A DNA stretch of 64,000 nt, taken from the NCBI RefSeq assembly GCF_009914755.1, contig NC_060930.1; one strand, given 5' to 3'. The notes beneath the pieces were generated by a model, which saw nothing but the letters and a program-made list of their open reading frames with translations, made no database searches and was not told where the DNA came from. The stretch comes from the human T2T-CHM13v2.0 reference genome, Homo sapiens. The translations under genes and the position numbers were made by a program. Below are positions 23,266-38,339 of this stretch, one piece after another (position 1 is the stretch's first letter; each line of letters begins with the position of its first letter).

Positions 23266-26200
23266 CTCCATAGGATGTGTTCAATATCTGAGCAAGATAT
23301 TGCATTGCTGCTCCAGTGCCAGAAAGTTTCTGAGAAGGGCACAGTTCTAGAACTTCTCATTGGAAAATAATCTCAAACTTGCCCTGTCAATATAGAGGAT
23401 ATAATGTATCCTCCCGATCAATGTTCCTCTTTCTCTAAAGAAGAATGGTAAATGTTAATTTTCTACTTCTTAGGTGGAAAATGGTAAAGCAAATTAGTTA
23501 ATTAGAAAATTTCCAAAAGGTACTAATGACTTCATAGGATTTTATTGATGAATATAAAACCTTTCTTTTTATGTAAAACACATTAAGAAAATAAGACTAT
23601 GAAATGTGATTATAATCACTTATGCTTAGGAAAATATTTTCTTTGAAAACATAATTATACTAACGTTTCTGTGATAAAAATTAAGAAATTTTAAAATGAA
23701 AGGATATAATATAAAATTATGGATAACACTTAGCTAGAGCCTGGGCATTTAAGGCAAATCAATGGCAAAGATACTGCTTCCTATTTGAGGACTCTGAAGT
23801 AATCAGAGGAGTGTTTGCCAGGTCTTCAAGTTCAAAGAATTGTTCTAGGCATTGTAGGTAAAGTACAAGAACCTGGCTCTTGAAGTCTGGAAGAAAAACA
23901 AAATGATGCAAATCTCTAGCCTTGCTTTGAAGTGCTCTCTAAAAGCCTGTCCTAATGAGCCAAGCAAGGATAGCTGTGGCCTGCTTAGTTCCTGTATGCA
24001 CAGAAGACAATGCTAATGAATTGGGCCATTTTTTCTTCTGTTGATTGTCTCAACACAAGGCCCCACTAACAGTCTATTGGGATTGGCACTTGAGCTGAAA
24101 CCTGTTTTTCAACATCTATGCTTCTAAACATATCTTGGTCTTTCTGAAGTGTGTCATAAAAATGGTAAGAAGGTAATAGGGACTCATTATGTGTTAAATT
24201 GGGGGTAAAAACCTCCTTAGAGAATCTGGGCACACGGTATCAAAAAAACTTTGAAAGCAAAGTTTTATTGTTGTTTTCCACAAATTGTTTCTTAAGCAGG
24301 CACCTCATCTAAGCTCCAGAAACAGCAAAAACTGTGAGTTGAATCCAGGAATTTCCAACCAATGGGGGAAAAATAATCTATGACGTGAGATTTTAGAATC
24401 AGTCAAACAAAAATGTTCTTTCACTTAAATCTCTTGTGCCTGTAAGCTTGAAGAACTTCAGGATAATATTACTATAACAATTCTTTTTACAGTAGGAATT
24501 ATAATTGAAATTTGCTGCATATGAGGATAACTAAAACTCAATCATTTCACTCTCCCATACATGCCTGAGGATACCTGGGGGTAAATAGATTTCTTGGAAG
24601 CAGTTACTGACTATGGCTGAATTCCATCCTACCAAGTAAACTCATTGGCTCTTTAATTACTCCGGTGATGTCCACATGCTGTCACCACTATCTCATGCTG
24701 AAATGATATTGATTTAATTTTTAACTTTGATGCACCAAGGAGAAAAATGTGGTGAGTGTATTTTATTAATTTTTTGGTCTGTACTTCTTAAGCACCAATT
24801 TTCTAAAGCACGAATGTATGTTCATCTTTTATAATCTGTCTCTGCTGTAAATTATTAACACCTGATATTTGCTTTAAATGGCTCTGTTTGTGTGTAAGCA
24901 TGCGAGTAAGGTTCATGGGATCATTGTCCTCTACACAGCCTTCACAAATGAGAGGCACATCTCCAGAGGCTACAGCAGAAACCAAATGTTTAAGCAAAGA
25001 AAACTTTCATAGTAGAAGTACCCATGCACAAAACTATATTAGGAAACACAATTGAGGGAAGAGAAAGGTGTCCTCATTTGGTATGAAGTAATTTTTAAAT
25101 TGCAGCAATTTAAGCATAACTAAGATGATTGATTTTTCTTACAATAAGGAATAATTTTACCTTAGGTCAAAAGCATTAAAAATAAAGTTCTGTTTTTCCT
25201 TTGGAATTCACCCCATAACTACTATTCCCCTGCTTGTCAGGTGCCCTTTGAAATTGTTTCTGATCATCTTTGCAGAAAACTCCATTTCCTTTTTGGTGGC
25301 CTATTTATTCATGATGTTGTAGTATGCTCGCAAAGCAAAATGGGGAATTGGTGGCAACTAATCACATCATTAAAGCCAAAAACCTCAGGTAATCCAGGTC
25401 AACAAGGGTACTGGATGTCAATTATTTAGGTGGTTATCTCAACTCATTACAATAAAGAGATCCTGTTCTTTAATTACCCTCAATTAATACTAGCACCAGA
25501 TCTATTAGTTACAACTTTTTAATTTGCTTCTATATGTTCTATATCATTCTACCTATTCAGGTTTCAGTTTTTATAAAGCCAAATTCTTGGATACTCACCA
25601 TTATGATTTCACATAATTAAACAATAAATAATTTTATGTCAGTAGATTGCATGCTTATTACCTGAGTCTTATGCATAATAAAGCAGTCTCCTAGAAAGAA
25701 CTACCACTGGCACAGTATTCAGGGGTCAAGTTATTGTTGCACAACCATTAGTAAGTTAAATTCAAAACTAAGTTTCTTTCTCATTGTAGCATAAAACTTC
25801 CTTCACAATCTGGTCAAAGCTCTTGCCCTCAAAAACCTTAAACTCAATTACTCACTAGAAGCATCTTACTATTTTCTAAACAACCCATTATGTGGTTTCA
25901 TACGTGCTGTCCCTTCAACTTGGAGTATTCCACCCCTTCTTCTCCACCTAGTCTAGTAAACTTGTCTTGATGCCCTGATATCAATACTCCTATGACTCTC
26001 CCTTCTTAGCACTTTGTCCATATCTCTTTTATCTGCCTCAACACACTATTGTTTAAGTAGTTAAGTCCTTCTCCTCCACTGCACTGTGCATACTTTAAAG
26101 GGTAGTAAGCTATGGAAAGCTTTGAGGGAACATTTGAAAAGGAAATCTAAGATGAAAAGATTACCTAAAAACTGTGGAACATATATTCTTGAGGTGTGGT

Positions 26201-27519
26201 GAGAAACTGGGTTATTTGGCACATTAAGGTTCTCAGATTTGCCTAATGCAGAGTGTAAGATAGTTGCTGAATCCCTCAGCTTTGCAGTGCAGATATTTCC
26301 CAAACTTCCTTGTCAGAGCTTAATTACAATGTTCCTGGTAACCTAGATTCTTCAGGCACAGGCACAGCAAACTGAAAAGTGATATTAAGGAATCCACACC
26401 TATTTAGAAGAGCATTATTTAGGCAAAGCAAGGAGGAAACATAAGTTGAACTTTAAAAAATGAAAACTTGACCCTGTATTAGTCTAATGTAGACCTACTA
26501 CTCTGTGCCAGAGGTAACAAAAGTCTAGATCATGGAAAATAGGTTTTCCTTCCTCAGTTCTCGGTATAGCAGCCGGAATCTAAAGCACTTTTTCTCCGAT
26601 CCTTCTCTGTCTAAGTTCTACTATAAGACTTTATACAAGCTATTGTTTTTCTACATTTTAATAGACCCTATTTTAAAAGATGGTAACAAGGGGAAAGTAT
26701 AATCCACTGATTACAACATTTGTGATTTTGTTGCAGTATGTATTATATATACACATGACTCAGATGCCCATTTTTTATGGTGCCCATAAATGTGGAGTAT
26801 ATCAAAAGGGACTTCAAATATAGGTAAATTTTACTGTACAATAAATTAAAGAAATTAAAGAATATATAACATGAACGAATTCAAATTAAGTTACATATAA
26901 TTTTATTTGTCTGCTAATTAGAAACAAGAAATGTATGTAATTATGCAGGATACCTCCAGAACTGAATTATGACTTACTTAACCAGCATTTCATTGATGTC
27001 CTTTAAAAAGCAAATTGCAAAAGTATAGGATTACGTGGATTATGTGGAAAGTTTGGGAGGTGTTGTAATTAATCTATTACTTCCTCTCTATATTTGTGGT
27101 CCAATACTTATTTATTACTTTCCCTCTTCTTCACACTTCCTCTCAGTAAGACAAGTTCTAAAATCCTAAGTGGTGTATGAGCTATTACATAATTGTTCTT
27201 TTATGGCCTGCAGAGACACTACCCTCCAGCACATTCCTTTGTGAAGTAATTTGGGTTACCTTGGATATGAAAAGCAGCTCAATCAAAGCACATTCCACAG
27301 TACAGCCAAGACCCAACAAAGAAATACAGAGTACTGGGATGGCCTCTGTAGTAGACTAAACTTCAAGGATCCTTTATGAAATGATGAAGTTCTCCAGTCA
27401 GCTAGATGGTTTTAGCAAAGATCAGTACAAAGTGTTTGGAAAAATAAAAGTTGAAAGTAATCTTTAGGATAAGTTACAGAGTTGGGTTATTTCTCATACA
27501 ACAAAACTTAGTGTTTCAT

Positions 27520-28042
27520 TGGTGTTTCAGCTGTCTTTCTAACCCCAACACTTAGTAGTTTAACACCCAAACACTTTGTTATTTCTCATTATTCTGTGGG
27601 TTGATTGAATGACTCTTCTGCTGATCTTGGCTGGGCTCATTTGTGCGGTTACAGCCAAGTAACAGCTAGTCTAAACTGGAAATTTTAAAGTGGCCTCACT
27701 CCCATGCCTGGCAGTCAGTCAGTGCTGGCTGTTGGCTGGGAAGATTGGAACTCCTTTTGCCATATGATCTTTCATTTCAGATTTCTATGCAGCAGGATGG
27801 TCTCTGGGTTCCATGGAAGTGAAGAAAAATCTTAAAAGTATCTTGAGGCTCTGGAATTCATACAACTGTCACTTCTGCTACATTCTATTGGTCAAAGCAA
27901 ATCACACACCAGCCCACATTAAACAGAGAGGAGAGATAAATTCTACCTCTTCATAGTGGGAGCAGCAGCATCACATTACAAAAGGGCATGGACACAGGGT
28001 GAAATAACTCATTAAAGGACATTATTATAACAATCTACCACA
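27520..28042 (-). mobile_element. MLT1H-like MaLR solo LTR
   Basis: atttctcattattctgtgggttga ... gtcacttctgctacattctattggtcaaagcaaatcaca ... caatctaccaca. Confidence 0.8.
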
Positions 28043-28058
28043 ACAGGAAATGTTATGA

Positions 28059-28459
<401 letters not shown>

Positions 28460-30330
28460 TAGTTTTGATTTCAAAAAGAACTAGTATGAAATAAGACAGT
28501 AACCTTTCTATGCATGTTTTTGCCTAATGTTCTCTGAAATTCATATTTAAACCATGATACTTAGAATTGCTCCCAAAGGACTAGAACAGTTCCACCTTCA
28601 ATGAGTAGAACATAAGATGGTGTGCAATGATCCCTTATCTTGTAGGTTATAGAAATCTGTCTCCTTGATAACAAGACTCAGATGACTTCAGTTAGATGAT
28701 GATAAGAGACATGAGGGAGAGACATCTTACCATAAAGAATCAAATGAAAGTGGAGGAGGCAAACTTTCAAAATTCAGTTTTAATGATTTTCTCCATATGA
28801 CATTTATATATAATGTTTAACTTTAAGAGGGTAGATTTTTGATAAATTGTGCTAGAAAGTCTAGTGAGAAATCTTCAAATGATGGATAAAAGTTGCAATT
28901 TTTGTTTCCACCTCTTTTGGTGTCAACAATGACATGTAACATGACAAGAACATAATCTTTAAAAGAATGAACTGACAAAATTTCTGCAATAAATATCTTC
29001 CAGAAATGACCAGGTTTTATCTATGTAAAAAGTAACTGATCAGAATTCCGTACAAACCATATACAGAACATGTTTTAAAGAAGATCACTTAAATAAGATA
29101 AAATCAAATCTAGTCTTCCAAATTACATGGCTTTACTAATATATAATATTCAAACAAACAATATTCCATTTATCATGCACTAATTATAAATCCTTTGAAA
29201 ATGATTAATACATTAATGTATTTGATTAAAAGCATAAAATACAGTTTTATACAGACTTTTAAACTTTAAAAAAATGGAAAAGCTAATCCTAGTTAATCAT
29301 GAGAAATATTCATTTTTAACCTTTGGTGACTTAAAAGAAAACAGGTTGCTGATGGCTAGCATTTAGATTTATATTTGATTTACCTTATTTTCCATTTTCT
29401 TTATTTCAAATGGTCAAATAATTATAAATGCCAAATTACCAGCTACAATGAAAATCTCACTTTTCAATCATTTAATTATTCAATAAACCAATTTTATTGG
29501 ATACCACCCCTGCAAAACAAGACAATGGGATGATGAACATCACCATACCAGAGTTTGGCACTGGGCAACTTATAGATACATTATATTTGAAATTGCCCAA
29601 TAACATTTTTCAAGTATTAATAATTAAGTTCAATTGAGAAATTCAACAGAGTTGAGATGCTGAACAAAATTCAGTTGCTATCTTCCTCCTATTATCTTGG
29701 AGTTTTGAAGACTTATTTCCTATGCTTGTTGCCCTATATTTTCTTTCTCAAAAGGCAAATCTTAAAGGAAAGTTCAGACATGAAATCTGGTAAGAATCAA
29801 TCAAATTAGCAACTCACCATGTCATCTTAAAAAGTAACTGATGCAGAACCCATGAAGAAACTTTGGGGATTTCAAATTATTTTCTAAACTAATAAAGTCA
29901 GGCTCCAAAAATAAAAATGGTTTTATGTATTCCCATCTGATGTTACTGGCCAGTCCTCTCTTGTTGCCACTCTCAAGGCATCAAGAAGTACATACTTTGA
30001 GTAGTGATGAGGACTGCTTCAGTAAACCACCTGGATCCCTTTAAAAGGCCCTTGTAGGGTTATATATAAATCTGGGAGTAAAATCTCTCTGTACAGAACT
30101 ACAGTTTTATCTCTGTGAGGTTAAATGGCCTATACAAGGAAATGTTGCCTTAATAATATGATTTAAATAACTGAATTAGCCACCCAAAACCAAAAGAAGA
30201 TTGTATCATTTAATAAGTGCTTGGCAATTTTTTAAAAATTAAGTAAATCAGAATTTATGAAGCATGAGTGCCATATAAGTAGAGGGGGGTGGCTACATGA
30301 TTTGATTTTAAAGATACTAAAAGATCTATA

Positions 30331-32853
30331 CTATTAGCAAATAAAATTCAACAATATATAAAAAAATTATAGGCCATGACCAAGTGGAATTTATCCCAGG
30401 TATGCAAGCCTGGATCAACATTTGAAAACCAATTAATGTAATCCATTGTATCAAAAGGCTGAAAAAGAAAAATTACATGTCCATATCAATAGAGAAAAAG
30501 CATTTGACAAAATGTAACACCTATTCATGACAAAAACTCAGTAAACTAGGAATAGAGGGGAACTTTCTCAATGATAAAGAATACAAAATCCTACAGCTAA
30601 CATCACACCTAATGGTGAGAAACTCAAAGCTATCCCACGATGATCAGTAGCAAGGCAAGAATATCCCCTTTCACTAGTTCTTTTCAACATTGCACCAGAA
30701 AAGGAAATAACAAGTACATAGGTTGGGAAGGAAAAAATAAAACCGTATTTGTTCACAAATGACATGATCATCTATGTAGAAAGTCTGGAAGAATCAACAA
30801 AAAACTAGACATAATAAGAGATTATAGCAAAGTTTTAGTCTACAAGGTCAATATATAAAAGTCAATTGCTTTCCTATCTACCAGCAGTAAACAAGTGGAA
30901 TTTGAAATTTAAAACATGATATCCTTTACATTAATACACTAAAACCTGAAACACATAGGTATAAATCTAACAAAATATGTTAAAGAGTCATGTGAGGAAA
31001 ACAAAAGTCTGATGAACAAAAACAAAAATCTAAATACATGGAGTGATATTCCACGTTCATGGATAGGAAGACTCAATATTGTCAAGATGTCAGTTCTTCC
31101 AACTTGATATATAGATTCAATGCAATTCAAATCAAAATCCCAGCAAGATATTTTGTGGATATCAGCAATGTGATTCTAAAGATTATATGGAGAGAAAAAA
31201 CACCTAGAATAGCCAACACAGTAATGAAGGAGAAAAACAAAGTTGGATAACTGACACTACCCGAATTGAAGATTTATTATAAAGCTGCTATAATTAAGAC
31301 AGTGAGGTATTGGAAAGAGAATAGACAAATAGATCAATAAAACAGAATGAGAGTCCAGAAATCAAACCACATTTCAGCGGTCAACTGATATTTGACAAAG
31401 GAGTAAAGGCAACACAATGGGCCAAAGGTAGCCTTTTAAACAAATGGTGCTGGTACAACTGAATATCCACATGTGAAAAAAATAAAACTAGACACAGTTT
31501 TATTTTTCACAAAAATAACTCAAAATGGATTACAGGCCTAAATGTAAAATACAAAACTATAAAACTCCTAGCATATATCATAAGAGAAAACCTAGAACAC
31601 CTTGGGTATGGCAATGACTTTTTAGTATAACACCAAAGGCATGATCCATAAAAGAATTGATATGTTGGACTTTATTAAAATTAAAAATGTCTGGTCTTTG
31701 AAAGAAATTGACAAGGGAATGAAAAAGTAAGCCACAAACTGGAAGAAAATATTTGCAAAAGCCATATATGATAAAAGACTATTATCTCAAATACACAAAA
31801 AATCAAAACTCAAAACTCAACAATAAGCAAATAAACAACCCAAGTAAAAATGAGCCACAACCTTAATAAACACCTCACCAAAGAAGACATATAAATAGCA
31901 AACAGGCATATGCAAAGATGCTCTACATCATAGGCATCAGGAAAATGCAAATTAAAACAACAATGAGATACCACTACACACTTTTTAGAAGGGCCAAAAT
32001 CCAGAACACTGACAACACCAAATGCTGGTGAGGATATGGAGCAACAGGAACTCTTACTTCTTGCTGGTGGGAATGGAAAATGGTACAGCCGCTGTGAAAG
32101 ACAGTTTGGCAGTTTTTTTTTTTTAACAAAACTAAACATACTCTTACTAAATGATCCAGCAATTTCACTCATTAGTATTTGTTTACCCAGAGGAGTTGAA
32201 AACTTATGTCCACACCAAAACCTTCATGTGGATGTTTATAACAGCTTTATTCATTATTGCCAAAATTTGGAAGCAACCAAGATATTCTTCAGAAGATAAA
32301 TAGATAAATAAACTGTAATATGTCCAGACAATGGCATATTATTTGGTACTAAAAATAAATGAGCTACCAAACATTAAAAAGGCATGGAGGAAACTCAAAT
32401 GCATCTTGAAAGAAGCCATTCTAAACAGGCTATATACTGTGTGATGCCAACTACATGACATTCTGAAGAAGGCAAAACTCTGGAGATAGTAAAAGGATCA
32501 GTGGCTGCCAGGGACTAAGAATAAGCAGACCACAGAGGATCTTTAGGGCAGGGAACATAATCTGGATAATTTTATAACAATGATTACATATCATTAAACA
32601 TTTGTCCAAATCCATATAATATATGCAACACCAGGAGTGAACGTTGATAAAAACTATCGACTTTGAATGATTGTGGCATGTCAGGGTAGTTTCATCAATT
32701 ACAATAAATGTACCACTCTGGTGGGGGATGTTGATAATTGGAGAGGCTGTGAATATGTGGGGGTAGTGAGGATAATGAAAAATCTCTGTACTTTCCTCTT
32801 AATTTTGCTGTAAGCTAAAACTTCTCTAAAATAATAAAGTCCTTTTTAAAAAA
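30331..32853 (+). mobile_element. L1MC1-like LINE-1, 5'-truncated (degenerate ORF2 plus complete 3'UTR)
   Basis: ORF2 remnant (IYRFNAIQIKIP in ORF 31059-31250) and L1MC1-type 3'UTR (aaatgtaccactctggtgggggatgttgataa ... aaatctctgtact). Confidence 0.9.
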
Positions 32854-33349
32854 GACTTATTTAACAAAAAGAATATAAAAATATTCACCAAAAAAAGGAA
32901 AGCAATGTTGTCTCCAAGGTCAGTAGTGCCAGATGTTATTCTTCTTAATGTATACTAAATCGTTGGCAAAACCTCAGAGATTATGACCTTCAAGACATGA
33001 GACTAAGTAAAGTGAAAGCTAGGCTGCAATAAAGCAAAACAAAGAGATGACTGTGCAGTCACAACCAGAGCAAAACTACCAAACCACAGGAGAGGCCCAG
33101 GAGTGATAAAGGAGAGACGTCAAAGACTAACTTCCATGTTTCACTAATTTGTCTAGAACCAGCTCTGTGTGCCCAAAGGAGTCTTTCCCTCTGCAAACCT
33201 GGCATTTTCTCCAACACTAAAGATCTAGAAGCTGGGCTCCACTTCTATACCTCCAGTGGTTCCTAGTCTGCTTAATGGGACTCCAAGGGGGCCCATTAAC
33301 CCCTTCCTGGTCAGCAATGGCAAGATTCAGAACTCAGCATTTAATCCAT

Positions 33350-33800
33350 GATCCTTCTCACTAATCCCAAATATCAGGGTGCCAACTCAATTTATCTTGT
33401 GTTCATTTGCTTTCTTCTTCAGCTCCTGCCTCGTCCATCAGTCCTCCCTGTGCCCCTGAACACACCATGTTCATTCCCCTTAGTATACCTTTGTGCCTAT
33501 TTTTACCTCTCTGAGTCCAAATTCAGTCTTTCCTTTAAAGTCCAGGTGAAGGACCATTTGTCAGATAAAGCCTTTCCCAACCAGTCCAGGCTATGACGCT
33601 TTCCCTCCATACTGTAAACTCAGTGCTTTCAATCACCGCTATACCATTAACTCTTAATTTGCTTTATGACTGCTAGTTTTATCTTCTTTTATTGTAATCC
33701 TGAGGCATAGGGCCATGACTTAAGACTCTTTTCCATATGCCACCATGTTTTACACAGGTCTATACCTAAAGAAGCCATTTATTAAACATTTATTTGTTGT
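33350..33800 (+). mobile_element. L2 LINE 3' fragment
   Basis: cctttaaagtccag..aaagcctttccc ... cctgaggcatagggccatgact ... attaaacatttatttgtt. Confidence 0.55.
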
Positions 33801-36800
33801 TAGAGTGACTCTTAACCTTGACTTCAGTTTCCATCTCAATTCAATTTCGCCTCAAAGAATCCTTCATAATCAGAGCAATGAAGTTTAGGATCAGACTCCT
33901 TTATTTTCCATCTATGTAAGTATAAACAGCTAATTGAAAATTTAAATAACAGAATGCAGTCCTGAAAGCTTTCACATGCCAACTAAATAAGTGCTTATGA
34001 TGCGCATACATACCTATGTGCTCCAAAGGGTTAATGCTCAATGAGGGGTTTTTAAAGCTCATTAATTGTTACAGTGCATCCTTTTATCTAAATTGTTAGT
34101 GGCCTGCTTAGTCGATTGAAACATATTGCTTTGATATTAAAGCTGCAATCCAGGCCTTTGTTTCCAGTGTATGTTCTATTCAGAAATGCAAGTCCTTCTG
34201 CACAGGGCAGTGAAGATTGCTCTGGTGAGCTTTACAACTCACTATGCCACCTGCTCAAGAACAGGGACAACAAATCCAGGCCAACGATTAACATAAATAA
34301 GAAACTTTGCAATAAAATACACTAGTCACAAGGGCATACAGTTGGGAAGCAAAGTTTATGATTTCCTTAGTAATGTGACTTTGATTTCTAATTGAATATC
34401 ACATCCACACTCTTAAATATTGGGGTTTTTTTTAAGAAAAAAATAACTATTGAAGAAAATGAGAAAAGAGGGGGAATTAATTAGTATAGCCAGATTATTG
34501 TTGATCAAGGTTAAGTCACATTTCAGCAAGCTAAGTTTTCAGTCTGAAAAAGAAACCCATGGCATTTTTATATTAAGACTGAATCATCAGCTAATGAGCA
34601 TTACAGTGAGAGTAATGGTTCAAAGGGTAGGGTTTGTTTTCAGGTTTATAACAGAAATTTAAAAATTGATTCATTTAACTCCCAATAAGTAAGTAATGTA
34701 ACTTACAGGGCATTGTCTCTTGCCTTTAGAAGCACTACTGCCTTTAGAAGTGCTACTCATTCAAATACTCTTACTTTCTATTGTTACCCACAGTTTGGGT
34801 CTGCAAAGAAAACATAAACCATTTAAAGATGGCTCAGCCAGTCTGACCAGCTTATAGCTAATTTATCATTAAATGATCTGGTAAGATCCCAACTACATCA
34901 TTAGTTAGATATCATGCAACTAACCTAGTAGGATCATAAAGTAGGTCAGAAAATAAACATGTTGTGGAATCACTGATCTTTTCATATTATATGAAGAAAA
35001 CCTCAGTTTCCTTATGAACCCAAAGTCTTTAATAAGCATTTATAAGAGAACAAATATTTTAAAGAAAATATATTTCGTTGCTCAGTAGGTATGCTGCCTA
35101 ACTTTAAAAATCTACCTTAATTTCTTTTAAATACTGGGAAATAGTATAAGCCAATTTAGCAAATAAGTGAACAGACCCGTATATGCTAAGAATGTGTTCC
35201 AAAGAATGCCTAGGGAGCAGAGGAGACTTGAATAGAATTTGGAAAAAATAAATAAATCAGAGAAAAGAAGACAGTGAGTTCTTTCAAAATTAGCTTATTT
35301 AGAGCATTTTGGTACCCCTTGAAGAGAAGAGAGTAATGGCCTAGGAAGATGAGGGGTGGGTGAACTACACCAGCAAGAAGTAATCATTAAAGGCAAACTG
35401 AAGGTTTCAGTCGAGGAAGAGTCAAAGTAAGGATACATTCTTGCATCATCTCTAAGGCAAATGGTTCTTTCTTCCTTTGTATATTCTTATTTGTAAGCAA
35501 AAGCAAGAAACAGTGACAAGATTTCTGACCTTGGATGTGGTGTATCAAGAAAGCTCCTCAGGGAGTGCTAATCCACCCACTCCTTCCCTCATGAATGTAC
35601 ACAGGCGCAGTGAAAGCAAGCACACTGTGCACACATTTGACCTCCTTGGGGTCAGCGAAGAAGGTTTGTTTTTCTCACTGACATCTTTTTTAATTTGAGG
35701 CTCCTCCTAAAGTCTACCAAGGCTTTGAAACAAGGCTATCACATTTTTTTGCTCATGTTCTACATTTTTTTTCCAGAGGCATTGGTAATAAAAGTCATAG
35801 AAAAAAATATGGTTTGTAAAGAAATATTTTAAAATAGTGTGGATGGCTCAGTGTATGTGGATAGTGTACATGGGTTAAAGAAATAAACAAAACATTATGC
35901 CATTTCATAAGAACACATCCAGAGCCCAGTCCTGATACAACCTATGCCATTCTGAAATAAGTCAATAAATAAAAAGGCAACGGCATTTTTAACCACGTAT
36001 GCTAACTAGGTCATCTAATAATGATGACATGATTCCAGTCATGTAAGATATCATCTACTCATTACAATTCAAGTTATGGTTGATGACATTGATATAACTT
36101 AGAATAGTATAAGATAGAGGGAATATTTCATAGTAAATAGACCAAGAATGATTCCCCTTGGAATAGTAAAGGTACAAATTGCTTTAGTTTTCATTTCTAT
36201 GGTACTAAATTTGTATTTCATGTGAGGGCCTACAATTGATGACTGCTTACTTGTCTGGGTGAAAAGGGATAAAAAAATAGATTGTAATTGTCAAGGTTGT
36301 TTGTGTTAGTAGCTAAAATGGCAAGCAGCACTCTGAAGTCTTTGTCAACAGCACACAAGTAAGTCTCTTTTTAAGGAAAACAAGAAAGTGTTGGCCAAAG
36401 AGTTACAAGCCAAAATACCCTGTATCATCTGGCTGACATGGTTCACAGTTTTTCCTGGAACGATTATTGTATAAACTACAAGTCGCACAAACTCCAGTTC
36501 AGCCACCCAGGATTGGTCCTAGATTTTCTCTAGAGCTTTACAGGATTGAAGTTTGTTTTTGCTGTTGTTGTTGTTGTTTAAAGAATACAAAATACTTGCA
36601 GCTGTTCTACACTTTTATATTCTCATTTTTAAAAAAAATTCTAAGTTGGCTAACGAAAACATCTCAATGTTGCTATACTTAGCAAATAATTTAAAATTCA
36701 TAATAATTACTTCTATACGTCAAATTATCTTCTTCTCCAAATTCCCACTTGCCTCTCATTATCTTAGATAGTCCTATTTCTAAATTTCTCTTGATGTGTT

Positions 36801-36959
36801 ATAGACACTATTATGTCCTACTTCTGAGAATAATTCATTAACATTCTGTGTATTGAAGTATTAGTTTATATAAGCAAAGGGGCAATCACATTTAGTTAAG
36901 GGGAAAAAAAAAGGAGTCATTGTCCAGTAAGTATTCATGTTGGTTCCTAATCACATAAG

Positions 36960-36961
<2 letters not shown>

Positions 36962-36999
<38 letters not shown>
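36962..36999. repeat. (GT)n microsatellite
   Basis: Directly visible perfect run. Confidence 0.98.
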
Positions 37000-37001
<2 letters not shown>

Positions 37002-37877
37002 ATGAACTAAAATACTAACAAATCCTCACTTATCCAAATACTCAGTAGGTTTGTTTCTCATACCGTTGGAATACCATTGTTAAATAAGGTTAATTTTCAA
37101 AATAATTACAAACTCTATAGTGACATTTTATACTACCTGATAATTACTCATCACAGCTGTGCTTCTCAAACATCTATTTTTTTTAAAAAAAAGGAGAAAC
37201 AAAAGAGGACAAATTTTTTTTGAATTTCCAATTCAAAATGGACTAATACTTTTGTAAAATACAATAAAAATGAATGTTTTAGTCACATCAAATTGTTATG
37301 AAAGTTTCTAAATGCTTACTCTCCATGTCTGCATCATCTCACTGCAGTTCAGCAAGTAACTACAGCAGTGCTTTAGAGCACAGTGCCGGTACCTAAGAGA
37401 CAACCTCAAAGTGTTCAGTAAATGGAAGACAAAGGATTCTGGTTTCATAAAACTGGATTAAATATTATAGAAATATATAAATGTATTTTTCTGAGAACAG
37501 ATTATGAATCTTTTTTTCCTTCTGCTATGCAAGAATAGAGGTTAATGGTGAGGAGATAATTCTGTCTGGGGTGACATCGATTATGGGGTGATAACTGGGG
37601 TGATATCAATTATGAAAAACAAAGATGAATAAAATTTGGAAGAGGCAAAAGGTAAAGAGAATGCAAAGGAGGGGAACCCACAAGACTCTGGAAACTAGTT
37701 AATATAGCAGGGCATGTGGAGCATGAGGAGGGGTGTTTTGTATCATATAACATAGTTTACTGACACCAGTAACATGTATTTACAGGGAAGTTTTTTGAGT
37801 AGTCAATAATATTCCTAACAGAACTTTTTTTAAAAAGTCATATTTAAACTAAGCTTAACCTCCATATTAAAGTTAGA

Positions 37878-38339
37878 TTAGATTAGATGCAGCAACTATT
37901 AGTAACAGAAAACCTGGTTCAGCAGTCTATTAAGCAAATTAGAAGCTCTTATTTTTCCTGATGCAGAAGTCATCCTGATAAAATAGTTGCTGGTATTGGT
38001 TCAGTGGTACAAAGTTATCTGTGCTGACACATCTGAACATCTTGTCCATTTCTTCATGGACACAAAATGTTTGCCAGACCTCCAGCCATCGTATCTGCAT
38101 ACCAGGTAGGGAGAAGACGGAAGTAAGAAGGAAAAAGAGGTGGCACTTTTATCAGCAAAGTAGATGACTTCCCTTTATGTCACATTAAACAGAACATGTT
38201 AAATGGCTCTCATAGCCACAAAGAACTGGAAAATATAGATTTCTTTAACTGAATGTGGCCTGAACCAAATCAAAGCTCTGTTAGCAAGAAAAAAGGGAAA
38301 AGGGTAATTGGAAAGGCAACTAACAATACCTGCCAGACA
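37878..38339 (-). mobile_element. MLT1J-like MaLR solo LTR
   Basis: agtaacagaaaacc ... ctccagccatcgtatctgcat ... ctctgttagcaagaa ... ggcaactaacaatacctgccagaca. Confidence 0.75.

Noticed and set aside
24480-24760. Possible exon between ttctttttacag (24492) and a strong donor GTG|gtgagt (24752)
   Set aside because: No sustained reading frame or partner exon; isolated splice-like motifs are frequent
30003-30110. GTGATGA as a possible C/D snoRNA box C
   Set aside because: No suitably placed CTGA box D or terminal stem seen
31810-32299. Overlapping ORFs within L1MC1
   Set aside because: Antisense or off-frame readings of degenerate L1 ORF2
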